From: Spongiibacteraceae bacterium
Lineage (GTDB): Bacteria > Pseudomonadota > Gammaproteobacteria > Pseudomonadales > CAMLJR01
Direction: 5' to 3'
Length of the DNA stretch: 64,000 nucleotides
Assembly: GCA_047602265.1 (NCBI GenBank)
Contig: JASGHU010000002.1
Span: 2,299-66,298, forward strand
Shown one piece after another: positions 11,845-23,126 of the stretch (positions are counted from its first letter, which is position 1; every line of letters begins with the position of its first letter). A program made the translations under genes and the position numbers. The notes below the pieces were generated by a model, which was given only the letters and a program-made list of their open reading frames with translations, did no database searches and was not told the origin of the DNA.

Positions 11845-13106
11845 TTAGGTTGATACATAATTTCTGTTACACTTTTTATTTTTTCTTATAGAAAGTGGTG
11901 GACACTTCTGGGATATTTGGTTGTGGGGGGTATATAAAGCGAGTGAAAAGGACTACTCATTAACACATTCATATTCTCTATGGCTTCGACTAGCAGTGAA
12001 TCTACGACAATTTCGCGAGAGAGTCTCCAATAGCTGATTCTTCATAAGCACCGTATCGACAGCTATGTGCATGTGGCGGCTGATCGAATAAACCAGTAGA
12101 TAGACCATGGCACAGTCCCCCATATGACGACTACCCGGTGTTTCAATCGCTTCAAGCTAGAAGACTACGATCTCGAGAACAAGCAATACTCTGGAAGGCC
12201 AGTCATGACAGAAGATGAAGTGGTTCTCGCTGCTGTTGAAGAAGATTCCAGCCAATCCCTCCGTAATCTCTAGCTGGCCTCATCCACTCCCCATACCACC
12301 ATTCACCGCCATTTGATTCGCTTTGACAAGGTGTCCAAGTTCGGGCAAGTCATCCCTTACGATTTAGCCCATTTCTTGTGACCTGTCTGTTATGACGTTT
12401 TCCTCTCCCTCCTCACCCACCACAGCAATTTCGACTGGCTGAACTATCTCGTTACTAGGGATAATAAGTGAGTTCTTGGCTTCCACCATACGGGGAAATG
12501 ATAGTGGTTGGATGTAGAGAAGCTGAGAAATCGGAGCCTAAAGGGGAGCTGCGCCCAAAGAAGGGTATACTGTCTTATGTTGTAGATCTGGTGAGACAGG
12601 AAAGGCGTTCTATAGTGGAAGCTGCTGGATTATAAAAAGAGCATCACGGTCGACGTATACAACAGGCAATTGGAAAGACTGAACAAGAACATCAAGAATA
12701 AGCGCCCCGAATATGACAAAGTTGCCTTCCTTCACGACACCGCTCGCCATTATGTTACGAAGTTTTTTCGCCAAAAGATCCAGGACCTTGGTTGGACGAC
12801 GCTCCCCCACCCACCGTATTCTCCGGACATGGCCCCAACTGACTACCACCTATTCCGGTCTCTGAGCCACTTCCTCGACGGGCGGCAGTTCAAAGACGAC
12901 GACGACCTCAAAAGCGGCCTCAAGACTTTCTTCGACCAGAAATCTCCAGACTTCTACAAGCAAGGCATCTATGATCTCCCTATTCGCTGGCAATACATTG
13001 TTGATCACAATGGTGGATATTTTGTTGACTGAAGTTAGACACAAATAAAGAAAAATAAATTTGAAATTTTTTGTCATTGTGTAACAGAAATTATGTATCA
13101 ACCTAA
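11845..13106 (+). mobile_element. mariner-family (Tc1/mariner) DNA transposon, full length but with decayed ORF
   Basis: Perfect 28 bp TIRs ttaggttgatacataatttctgttacac at 11845..11872 and inverted at 13079..13106. Flanking TA dinucleotides at 11843-44 and 13107-08 fit a TA target duplication. The 1,262 bp size is typical for mariner. Transposase-like coding runs inside, with stops and frameshifts in the first two thirds. Confidence 0.9.
12670..13032 (+). pseudogene. mariner transposase C-terminal remnant (only intact reading frame of the element)
   Basis: ORF translation contains FLHDTARHY and PPYSPDMAPTDYHLFRSLSHFL, the mariner DD34D-region signatures (cf. HDNARPH and PYSPDLAPSDYHLF). The upstream part of the transposase (about 12000..12660) is readable only across several stops and frameshifts. 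Confidence 0.85.
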
Positions 13107-13583
13107 TAGAAGCGGCTCATTTCTGTAATTACAAAAGAATTGGCGGCACTAGGCCGTTTAAGAACCGGCCGGATGAGAACCGAGGCATGGTTTATAAGAA
13201 CCCACCGGATGAGAACCGGCAAGTTCTCAAACGACCTAGCACCGAATTGGCAGTCACGCTTGACTGCGCTAAAAATCATAGCAGTCAATATTTTTTTAGA
13301 TGCAATCAAGGTTATATGCAATTTCGGAACTACATTAGAAATGATCTACGCTTTTCAACTTTGCCGTTCTACGAAATTTTAGAACGACATCGCAAGAAGC
13401 TGTGCTATTTGTGTCTTTCTTCTAAAAAAATAATTCAGCTATAGCTCCAGCATTTCTCAAAATTACAAGCTTTATTTTTGTACTGTTCGAACTGCGCGCG
13501 ACCTTGGACGTAGTTAACTTTTCCAATTCTTTTAACCTTATAATGAATATAGTGAATCGATAAATAATAATATAATTACTTAC

Positions 13584-15468
13584 ATTATAAATGGTGCTTT
13601 CGAGCAGAGCCTCGAGGTGATCAATGGTCTGGCAGTCGACAATCAGAGTTCGAGGAAGTTCTAGCTGCAAATCCGAAGAGGGAATATGGGCTAAAACATT
13701 TAATTAACCTTTTCTTGATCAGAGAAGACGTCTTCTGGATTAATGGTCCTTCCGTCCTGCAGAGTGATGCTTTCTCCTGCCTTCAGTTTGCCAATCAAGG
13801 GACCTCGTGGAATCTAGCGGAATTATTATATAGAAGATATTGAAGAATGATAAATTTACAGTCACATAAAATGTGCTTAAAATTTTAATTAAAAGAATGA
13901 TATTTGAAATGTTCTTGATCTTTCTCTATTATTTTTTAAAAATATTTATATGATTTCTAGAGATATATAATTAGCTATTTTAGACTAAGATCCATATAGT
14001 TACTCCTATTTCTACTCATTTGTTTTGATTAGAGCGCATTTAAGTATCCGTAAGTTTGCGAGTCCAGCCACTACAATATAAGAAAGTATACCTTTAGATT
14101 GACGAGTTTGAGTGGGTCGATATTCCTGGGCGGCTCCTTAAGTTCGACGTAATAGGCAATGCTGACTCCCTGCATTGGCGGCTGGTATTCGGCGCCGGCC
14201 TGCTGCAGATTCTCTGCCACTTTGGGCACTAAAGGGATATAGGTTACACGCAGAGCTGCGTCTTCGTAGACCTCGTTCGAATAGGGCAACTCTTCCACCT
14301 GTATGTCTCTATTTTAATCTTATACCGAGATGTATTTTTTGTTTACTTCTACATTTTTGCATTCTGAAATTGGGAGTAAGTTCTATAAAAGTCCAGAGGC
14401 AATTATGAATTCATCAAACGATTTTTCGATGATAAATTATAAGCAATTCATTGAGTTGTTAGTAAATTAACACTATTAAAAATCTCTCGATATTTGTAGA
14501 ATCTAACTAAGTAACAACCTGAGAGAAGACGGAAGCACTGCCTGTGTCTGCGTCAAGGAACGGTCTGATCGTGTTGAGATACTGCTTGGTGTTGGTCGAT
14601 CCGTGAATCCTCGTTATTGGGCTGAGAGGATCTTTCGATAGCAAGAGGGAAGAGATCCCCGCAATATTGTCCCAGACGGCTGAATCACGATAGAATTATT
14701 AAAAGAACAGTAGGAAATTTATTGTGGAAAGCAAATACGTACGACTTAAAATTCTTTCGACTTTAAAATTAAAAAAAAAACCCTTCAATTTCGAACATTT
14801 CTGGTAAAATAGCAAAAAAAACTTCATATTTATTAATTTTTGCTTTAATTGTAAATTTGAAACTGGCTAGACTATTTCTAGGGAAAAAGATATTTCCATT
14901 TGCTCCGTTTGTTTTCTAGTGAAACGATATTAGCTTACATCTAGTGATGAATATGTCACATATATTGGTGTTCCTGAGTCTGAATTGGTGTAAGCAGCGA
15001 GCGACTGGCTCTGGGCAGTTGAATAAGTAAGCCTTCATGGAGGTGCGAATGACCACACAAGCCTTCATGGGGCCTCGGCCGTTGCTGATCACCTGAAATC
15101 GAGTAGCCGTGCGAGATGATGGTAAGAGAAAAGAAACGAAAATGAATCTTTCGTAGTTGTTTTGTAATAAAGTTATCGATTCATTTTTTGGAAACTTATT
15201 TTGGATTCAATATGAGATTGTGTCAGAGCAACTTTGTACTAAAATTTTTCGAGGATTAATGGATTATTTTATTTTACAAAATAATTTCGCGAAAAACTGC
15301 AAAAATCCATTCTCCTTGAAGAAAGGGCAAACCTCGATGGATGCTTGAGAGGGAATGTTGGACACAGCATTCAGGATCGAGTTGCTCATCTCGACTCTTG
15401 CTCGCTTCTCCTCTGCCTTTGCCATCGAGTATTGTAGATTTGCAATCGAGGCTAGTGCTGTTCGAGAT
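13584..15468 (-). CDS. ELAC2 / long-form tRNase Z-like gene, N-terminal (non-catalytic) half only
   Basis: Exons with GT-AG borders and closing phases: 15333..15468, 14939..15092, 14519..14679, 14092..14298, 13709..13813, 13584..13664. Translation includes KAYLFNCPEPVARCLHQFRLRNTNICDIFITR (cf. YLFNCGEGxQR...IFLTR), VWDNIAGISSLLLS and EVYEDAALRVTYIPL. It also includes IPRGPLIGKLKAGESITLQDGRTINPEDV and TLIVDCQTIDHLEAL (cf. VVECPDESF). No HxHxDH catalytic half was seen downstream. Confidence 0.6.
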
Positions 15469-16441
15469 CTGAAAGTATAAAATAAAACAATCAATCAATT
15501 TTTTAAAAAAGTTTGTCTGGCACGGAGTAATGCCCAAATAAGGAAAATATGCCGTAGTTTTGAGGCACGATTATTTGATAACAGTAATAATTCTCAACTG
15601 GTTTTATGAAAATGCGAAAAGAACAATTCCTAGTCTTCACGTAAGATCTTTCGAAATCCCGTTGAATCTGATTGGTCACGAACGAATCAGAAACGGATTG
15701 GCTTACTTGAGATGTGAGAAGGAGTGCTTGCGAAGAATGAGGGTGTTTTGGCGACCTGTTCGCGGAGCTCAGCCAAGAAATCGGTCTCTGTTTCTGGTTT
15801 CTGACGTTGGTCGGAAGGTCCTGGTCCGTCCTTATCCGACTGTAAGGAGAGCTGCCTCAAACTGCGCGTATATGTGAATGTTCTTTGGCACAGACGGCGG
15901 GGTATAACATATGCCTAGCAACGCCTGAACGATTGGCCGAATGTGGCAGTCAGGTTGTGCAATATTGAGCTAAGAGACGAAGATATTTCTAATGTATACT
16001 AACTATTCGATTTGTGTTAAATAAGTGGATTTCATCAAATTGTGCAAAAAAAACTTTATTTCGACATAGATGATGCGATTCACGTTCAAATTTATTACTA
16101 ATGTCGATAAAAATAAGAAAATGGAAGATCAATCGAAATAACGCAGAAAGAAAGAAAGAGAACAGAAGGATAACAACGAACTATAACAATGCAACTAAAA
16201 AACCTAAAATGGCTAGAATTTCTCGATTAGAAATAGAAGTCTAATGCAATTTCTTAATGGACATTTTAAAATTCCGACTATAAAGAAATTGGTTTGGATA
16301 AAGACAAATTTTGATTCAATTTGATATATACCCGAGTGTTACACATCGAGATAACAGTTCTACCTTCCTTTGTATATTGTAATTCAATTTTTTATATATC
16401 AGATATAAAATGAAAGAAAGTAAAAAGTTTCGATCTTTCGC

Positions 16442-17803
16442 TCACTGAGTGTTGAAAAAGCCGGCAGGCAGTCCGAAAGACGAAGAGGAAGACGCTGTTT
16501 TGGAGGGGTCTAGACCTGGCTCTGATTGACCAACAGAGAGACCAGACTTCGGGGGACCTGAGGCACCCAGAGTCCTAGGATCGTCCAGAGCTTCAGGCTG
16601 AAATCCAAGCCCATTATCATGGCTGCATAATAGGACATTTTCCGAGTCTTTTTTATACACAATAACGCAATTACTCGCGTTAAATTACTATCTCTTGTCA
16701 TTGAAATATCCATTTTAACGTGTAGTCTTTTTTATCTACTCCCTCTAAGAGAGACACGATGCATCTCTGCAGGGGAGAGCTGCGCTTTAAAAAAGGTATA
16801 ATATGATAACATAACTCATTTCAAGGACAATAAGCATAGTAACCGCTCTATAGATAATAATCCGAGCAAAGTAAAAAATGTCAACTGACCGGGGGAGCAG
16901 TCGGATCGGCCATGGCCCCCATCATTCGCGTGGTGAGCAGTCCAACTCCCTCGATCATCGCCAGGATGACAGAGCCCAGAATGGCTGAGCCGGCCATGAC
17001 CTTTGGCCCGGAACGAATAGCCAGCAGAGCGCCTGTTAGGCCACCCGACATGATGGAATTCAAAGGGTCTTCCTGGAATTAATGCAAATAAAGACACGAA
17101 AAATATTTATATCACAAAATATCAAATGTATATTTATCAGTGATAGATTAAATTTATCTCCTTGAAAGGCGGATATAATACTTTTAGCCAGGCTTGAATG
17201 CATTTCGAAAAAAAACTATTTAAAGTTGTTTTTCTATACATGCCTGGCTGCATTTTAAAATTTCTGGGGTTTTACGTATGATTTTAAGAAATTAATCGCA
17301 TTCAATGATAATGTTGAGTGAATAACCATCAGGAAAATCTCTACATAGAATGCATTCAAAATATTTCCATGGATTCTAATACCTTTTTACGAATAGCAAC
17401 GAGGGTGCAGTCGATGGCGCTGAACATGCCTCCCCATGCAGCGAACTGGACTCCGGTGAGGGTGCTTCGAGTCCGCACTTCTCGTAGAATGCTAACCTGA
17501 ATGCAGGTCTTTAACTGGACGCGGCCAGCAAGACTCACCATTTTCTGACTTTTGGCCGCGTTCCTGTAACCTCCGAAGGCGTGGAATATCGAGCCTCCGA
17601 CGAGTCCCATTGCGAATGCCGAGCCGATATCGTCGCCAATTCGGTATGGGCTTGAATTAGAATATTTTCAAGAATGTACAATCGGTTTACATTTCATATA
17701 ATTTCTTTTAATAATTGACCCCAATTTTTCCCGTTGAATTTTACATTATTGAATATTAGTCTTCGTTTGAAACTAACCAAGGCTCACGAGTATACTCCTC
17801 CAT
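16442..17803 (-). CDS. Mitochondrial import inner membrane translocase subunit Tim17, complete 5-exon gene
   Basis: complement(join(17778..17803,17539..17650,17383..17496,16890..17072,16442..16597)) = 591 nt, all introns GT-AG (127, 42, 310 and 292 nt). Translation reads [40 protein letters not shown]...[69 protein letters not shown], followed by a Pro/Ser-rich tail. This is the classic Tim17 signature. Confidence 0.85.
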
Positions 17804-18709
17804 TTTACAGGTGAGAAATCGGAGAAAGTTGGATTACCTAAATTTCAAAATATGACTAACCACACAAATTGCATCATCACAGAAGGAAAATTTAAGATCG
17901 AATCATCGATTGATAATGATGAATAAAATGGCGACAAGTGACCAAATTGTATGAGAGCTGATCTTGGGAACAGTTCGATGACATAATTATTTCAAATTGG
18001 CAATAATTAAATGAGCACAATTATCTATTTCTATTAAAGAATTAAACGTGCGCATATAGGAAGTACGCGATTACGGAATGCGGCAAATGCACTTGACATG
18101 ACGACTAAACTGTTCGATGAAATTGTTGAGTTGAAAATGATATATTTCACTTCAACATCAGTGAGAAAATACTCGCCCTGTATCGAACAATTTGTTTTTG
18201 AAATGAAAGCTTAAAGATAAAAATAAATTTCATTTATACCTTTCAATTTTCAATATACAAGTTGCATATCCATGGCAACACTATAATTCGGTTATGATGC
18301 TACAAACTATAAACTGAATGAGTATCGATGCAAAATTTCGAAGTTAAAATAGAATGCAAGTTAAATATACAAGAAATCTTACTAAAATGGATGAATAATG
18401 AAGCCTTTCAATTTACAAAAGTATGAGCATAGAATTGAGCCGCATTGTACGCATCCGAATTGCAGGCAGTGCAAGGCTTCTAGCAGTGGCGCAGATCCAA
18501 TTTCAATTCTTCCAGGATATAGCTCAAACGGACTTCCGAATAGGCCAGCATCGCAAGGGCCGTCTCAAAATAACAAATTGACAGACTACTCTGGAAGTTT
18601 GTCATGGAAGAATTTCAATTTTTGAAAAATTTCGAAATTATGCGAATACGTGAAAGTGGGAAAAGGATTTTTAAAATTAATTTGGTTAATAGCAGTTCTC
18701 AAAATTAAC

Positions 18710-20680
18710 CTTAGAGCATCCGAATTGTTTCAAGTCATCAAATCGGTAACAAGACGACTGCCAGGCTTCGGTGAAGATCGTCACGGAGGACATCAAAGGA
18801 CACAGTAGCAGCTTGTAATGATTCTGAAATCGAGTAAATTTATTCTTCTAAAAATTTCTTAAAATCTTAATGTAAGAAAGAATAGAATAAAAGAAATGAT
18901 TAAAAGTAGACGAACTTCCGGTATGCATCATTATCGCGTTCTTCGCTAGCGGTGAGCTTTCGCAATGATAACAAGAAAAAGTAGACGGAAGCCGAAATAG
19001 TAAATAATTTCGAACGAGGCTTTATTTATTCTTTCGCACTTCCTCATCGGAACTGAGACGAAATTATGATTTTGATTTTGAAAATTTTTCAGAACATTTC
19101 GTCTCAGCTCTGTTCCGTATAACTACTTCTTGCCTCCCATTTTCTTGTACCTTCCCTCGCACGGGTATGAAGTTTCACCTCTAACGAAGAACACGATATA
19201 ATTTAGTAGTTTTTAAAGGAAAATGTCATAATCACGGTGCAACAACTGTCCATTCTTACCACATTGAGATTGATCTGGACGGTTCCGTTGCTGAGCAGCA
19301 TGAGCATAGATTGTCGCGGTTGCGTTTTAATGATCCAAGGTAGTCGGGCCAATTCGTCTCCGTCCTGCAATTTTATTATCCTCAGCGTCGTTTACATCGG
19401 CTGGTCCCGATCGAATATCATTTCATCCATCTAATTAATCGGTTGATTGAAATTTTAAAAATTGGAAAGAGCCGAATGGACAGTTCTGACAGTGCTCGCT
19501 CATCATCACTTTTCCGTTCCGAGAATTTTTAAAATAAAGATCGGGGAATGCGCATTGTATAGCCAATCCAGATTTTTTTTCAGTGCTTATTTAATTTCCT
19601 AATGAAAACTAGCGTTCGGTCGAGATCGATTGATGCAAGATGTGTTGAATCTGAGCACTCCTGCATCCTTCCCTTGCTTACATGTTTGGATATCGTGTTG
19701 ACTATTGCCAAATTCTGCATCATGTATTGCTTCGCATCGATGAGTTGTGCAAACTGTAATGTAAATGGATGGCACATTTTGGAAGACGTGTCATTCCCTT
19801 AAAAACGAGAGAGCAAATATTAATTTTAAAAATGGAACGAATTTGTAAAACGCATCTCTAATAGATGCGAAAAGCTAATTAACAAGGATGATCAACAATT
19901 GAGAGAGAGAGAAGAAAAATCGATATAAATTGACTGATTTTTTCTCAAAATTACAAAATTTTCAGCTACATTCGTAATAGCCACCGTAACTATCTATCTA
20001 GTTATGAGTATCTGGATTCATGTGATATACTTTGTTCATGATGCGTTCGTCGGCAACTTCGCCCCTAGCCAGAAAACACTCTCTTCCCAAAGCATCGATA
20101 ATCGTCAACTGCTCTGCGGCTGCGTCCAGCACTAGCACCGAGCCGTCGGAGGCGAACTTCATTCCGACCTGAACAGTCAAGTTGGCCTGCGTATGCATTG
20201 AAATCTATGAGAGGCCTACACTCTGGTCACAGAGGGTATATGCGAAGTCTCCGTCGTGCATCCATCGACTTATCCAGTAGATCGGGCGCGAATCAGGCGA
20301 TTGGAGGCTGTCACTTCGCATGTCCTCTTCGGAGATCTAAATGGTCGATATAGTAAAAAATTTTCATTAAAAATAATTTTGAAGGAAAATAAATCGATGC
20401 ATTCATTTGACACAAAACAGAAAGTTCAAAGAAAAATGTCCCTTGAAATTTCTGGAAGCTGAAGTAATCATACAATAAGAATGGACGAAACAAGTATGCT
20501 CGCGATGGAATCAAATCGCATAAAACGTGAAATAATTAGAAACTAAAATCAAAGAGTACCAGTATTCTCTCGGTTAGAAGTCCATGAACTTATAGCTTTC
20601 GAGGCCGACTGGCCATGTGTTCTCGGACGGGAAAATAAAGATGTAAATCGGCTCGGCGGCAGCGATAATAGAGCCCTTCA
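18710..20680 (-). CDS. Multi-exon eukaryotic gene of unknown function (exon-like segments only)
   Basis: Exon-like minus-strand ORF pieces with plausible splice sites: 20610..20680 (..AAAEPIYIFIFPSENTWP), 20220..20336 (ISEEDMRSDSLQSPDSRPIYWISRWMHDGDFAYTLCDQS) and 20186-down (ANLTVQVGMKFASDGSVLVLDAAAEQLTIIDALGRE). Further pieces are around 19690..19790, around 19255..19370 (DGDELARLPWIIKTQPRQSMLMLLSNGTVQINLNV) and 18710..18823. No family was recognised and the model is incomplete. Confidence 0.35.
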
Positions 20681-20701
20681 CTGATCAGGAAAAGAGCTTT
20701 T

Positions 20702-21694
20702 ATGTCGAAACGTTACCATGTCTATGGAATCGGTGCCGCACTCGTTGATACCGAAATCGAAGTCACCGACGCCGATCTCGCGGCGATGTCGGTCGAGAAA
20801 GGCGTGATGACGCTGGTCGATGAAGCGCGACAAGCCGAATTACTCAAGCACTTGTCGGGTCATATGGTGCATTCAAAACGCGCCAGTGGCGGCTCGGCTG
20901 CCAACAGCATCATCGCGATCGCGCAATTCGGCGGCTCGACGTTCTATTCCTGCAAAGTGGCCGACGACGACAACGGTCATTTTTATTTACACGACCTGAA
21001 AGCCGCCGGTGTCGATTGCCATATCGATAGAGACCGCGATCAGGGCGTGACCGGCAAATGTCTGGTCATGATCACCCCCGATGCCGAACGCACGATGAAT
21101 ACCTACCTCGGCATCAGTGCAACTCTCTCAACCGACGACCTCTCGCACGAAGCCATCGCCGCATCCGAATACGTTTATCTCGAAGGTTATCTGGTGACCT
21201 CGCCTACGGGGCGTGCCGCTGCGATTCGCACACGCGAAATTGCCGAACAAAATGGCGTTAAAACCTCGCTGAGTTTTTCCGACCCCGGCATCGTCGCGCA
21301 CTTTCGCGACGGCCTTAAGGAAATGATCGGCAGCAAAATCGATTTATTGTTTTGTAACAGCCACGAGGCGTTGAGTTGGGCGCAGACCGATGATTTAAAT
21401 GTGGCGATTGCTGAAATCAAGAAAATCGCCAATCAGTTCGCCATCACACTTGGAGCCGAAGGCGCGCTGGTTTACGACGGCAACGCACAGCATCACATCG
21501 CGCCGCACAAAGTCACCGCGATCGATACCAACGGTGCCGGCGATATGTTTGCGGGCGCATTTCTCTACGGTATTACCCAAGGCTGGAGTTTTCCCGAGGC
21601 CGGCAAACTCGCGAGTATCGCCGCTGCAACGGTCGTCAGCGATTACGGCCCGCGCCTGACAGCAGCTCAACAAAAACAACTACTGGCAAGCTGA
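20702..21694 (+). CDS. PfkB-family carbohydrate/nucleoside kinase (adenosine kinase-like)
   Basis: 330 aa ORF with N-terminal YGIGAALVD, a GGSAANS motif and C-terminal DTNGAGDMFAGAFLYG (PfkB signature 2). AGGA lies about 12 nt upstream of the ATG. This is the first bacterial gene after the junction. Confidence 0.85.
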   Translation: MSKRYHVYGIGAALVDTEIEVTDADLAAMSVEKGVMTLVDEARQAELLKHLSGHMVHSKRASGGSAANSIIAIAQFGGSTFYSCKVADDDNGHFYLHDLKAAGVDCHIDRDRDQGVTGKCLVMITPDAERTMNTYLGISATLSTDDLSHEAIAASEYVYLEGYLVTSPTGRAAAIRTREIAEQNGVKTSLSFSDPGIVAHFRDGLKEMIGSKIDLLFCNSHEALSWAQTDDLNVAIAEIKKIANQFAITLGAEGALVYDGNAQHHIAPHKVTAIDTNGAGDMFAGAFLYGITQGWSFPEAGKLASIAAATVVSDYGPRLTAAQQKQLLAS

Positions 21695-21720
21695 TCCACT
21701 CTACATAAAACACGCTATAT

Positions 21721-21757
21721 AAAAAAACCGGCGCATTAAAAACGCGCCGGCTTTTTT
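21721..21757. terminator. Bidirectional rho-independent terminator between convergent genes
   Basis: aaaaaaa-ccggcgc-attaaaaac-gcgccgg-ctttttt: a GC stem (21728..21734 / 21744..21750) flanked by an A-run and a T-run. Confidence 0.8.
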
Positions 21758-21772
21758 GAGTTGCGTTAGCGA

Positions 21773-22309
21773 TTAGAACTTGAAATTAAGTCCAACACTC
21801 AGCCCGCTCACCTCAGCTTCGTTTTTGTCGTAGTAATTCACGAACTCAATTCCCGCCGATACCGTCGAATTAAACCAGTAATCAGCCCCCACTCCGTATG
21901 AAATATCGCTGCCCGAATCCGATGACGTATAGCCGTGCCAGCTTGCTTCAACTTTCGCATGAGTCATGCCCAACAATACGTATGGATAGAGCCCGATTTG
22001 CGTCGGCAGACCGGCCTTCAAGTACAACCCGTAAATATTGTCGAGATCAACATTCACACCATTGACCTTATCGTCTTCAGTGATGAGCCCCAAACGCGCT
22101 TCGACAGCGACGTTTTGATTCACCTGATAACCACCGCGAGCGAACAGCACGCCAACATTGGCATCGCTATTCAGGCCATCGATATCGACATCGGTATCGG
22201 CAAATCCACCGCCCGCATAAAAACCTGGCGATGTCGCGCCGCCAGCAAAGGCGATCGCCGAAACCAACATGCTCGCAACGAACATGGAAACACGTGTCAG
22301 TTTGTTCAT
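21773..22309 (-). CDS. Small outer-membrane beta-barrel protein (OmpA-like/OMP_b-brl family)
   Basis: Start moved to the ATG at 22309 (MNKLTRVSMFVASMLVSAIAFAGG signal peptide, GGAGAG RBS upstream). It has alternating beta-strand pattern and the C-terminal OMP signature GLNFKF. Confidence 0.75.
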   Translation of the reverse strand: MNKLTRVSMFVASMLVSAIAFAGGATSPGFYAGGGFADTDVDIDGLNSDANVGVLFARGGYQVNQNVAVEARLGLITEDDKVNGVNVDLDNIYGLYLKAGLPTQIGLYPYVLLGMTHAKVEASWHGYTSSDSGSDISYGVGADYWFNSTVSAGIEFVNYYDKNEAEVSGLSVGLNFKF

Positions 22310-22523
22310 CTCGTTGTCTCTCCCCTGTGAGAATTGTTGTGTGCCTTGATCGCTGAGCATCGAAAACTATCGTCAGCGAAAAAGGTGACACATTGTAATT
22401 TATACGATTACGTAACGGCACTCCATGCACTATGACAATGTGCATTGGATCGCAAACTTGAAATGAGTACCGCAGATAGGCGGCGGCGAGAGTTCGCCAC
22501 CGCACTGAGAAAAAATACAGATT

Positions 22524-23126
22524 TTATTTCATCAAAAATTCGCGCAGACGATTGTCGGCGAACATGCGCTTAAGCGTCTCCGACAACAGCTCGTTGATGT
22601 AGCGCTCATTGTCTTTCGCATCGGGGCGAGTCACCGAGCGTCTTTCGCTCTCAGATGTGTAACGACCCGAGAAGGTTTCTCCGCCTTTGGTCACATCGGC
22701 GCGCAACGTCGCCACCAGTTTGGCCGCATTGCCCACGGGTATTTCGAGTTTTTCGTAGGTTATTTTTTCCGCGACGATGGTGAGATGGACTGCGCTCGGA
22801 TCGGGACTATTCACGACGTAACCTTGCGCTGCGAGCAAACCATTCGCCGCCTGCGTCAACGCCAATTCGAGATTATTGCCAATCGTCAACGTCGATGAAT
22901 TACCGTAAGCACCGCCAAGCGAACCGAGCACTTTACTCGGACGCTGATCAGCTCCACTCACTAAAATGGCCTGGCCGTTCCCCATCATTTCGCCGGTCAT
23001 AGTCAGCGTCGGCGCAACATTGATGCGTTGCGGACTCTGTGCACAAGCGGTCAATAATGCAGCTGCGGTCAATAACGCTACGCGTACAGCCGATAACGCA
23101 ACGCGCAGTAGCGATCGATTCTTCAT
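22524..23126 (-). CDS. yajG: YajG-family lipoprotein
   Basis: Lipobox LLTAC at residues 24-28. The mature part resembles E. coli YajG (VAPTLTM...ILVSGADQR..., from memory). The start overlaps the upstream stop (ATGA). Confidence 0.6.
   Translation of the reverse strand: MKNRSLLRVALSAVRVALLTAAALLTACAQSPQRINVAPTLTMTGEMMGNGQAILVSGADQRPSKVLGSLGGAYGNSSTLTIGNNLELALTQAANGLLAAQGYVVNSPDPSAVHLTIVAEKITYEKLEIPVGNAAKLVATLRADVTKGGETFSGRYTSESERRSVTRPDAKDNERYINELLSETLKRMFADNRLREFLMK

Noticed and set aside
20547-20684. Plus-strand frame ..FEADWPCVLGRENKDVNRLGGSDNRALH* just upstream of the first bacterial gene, read as a possible truncated bacterial gene end.
   Set aside because: It has no recognisable family or start codon. 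The opposite strand has an exon-like frame with a good splice acceptor. It cannot be decided by eye, so the interval is kept only as part of the junction finding.
22440-22500. GC-rich hairpin (gcggtggcga..tcgccgccgc) downstream of yajG as an intrinsic terminator; similarly the ccgccgc..gcggcgg hairpin at 31919..31942 after the DUF3426 gene.
   Set aside because: Neither hairpin is followed by a U-run in the direction of transcription, so they are not called as terminators.
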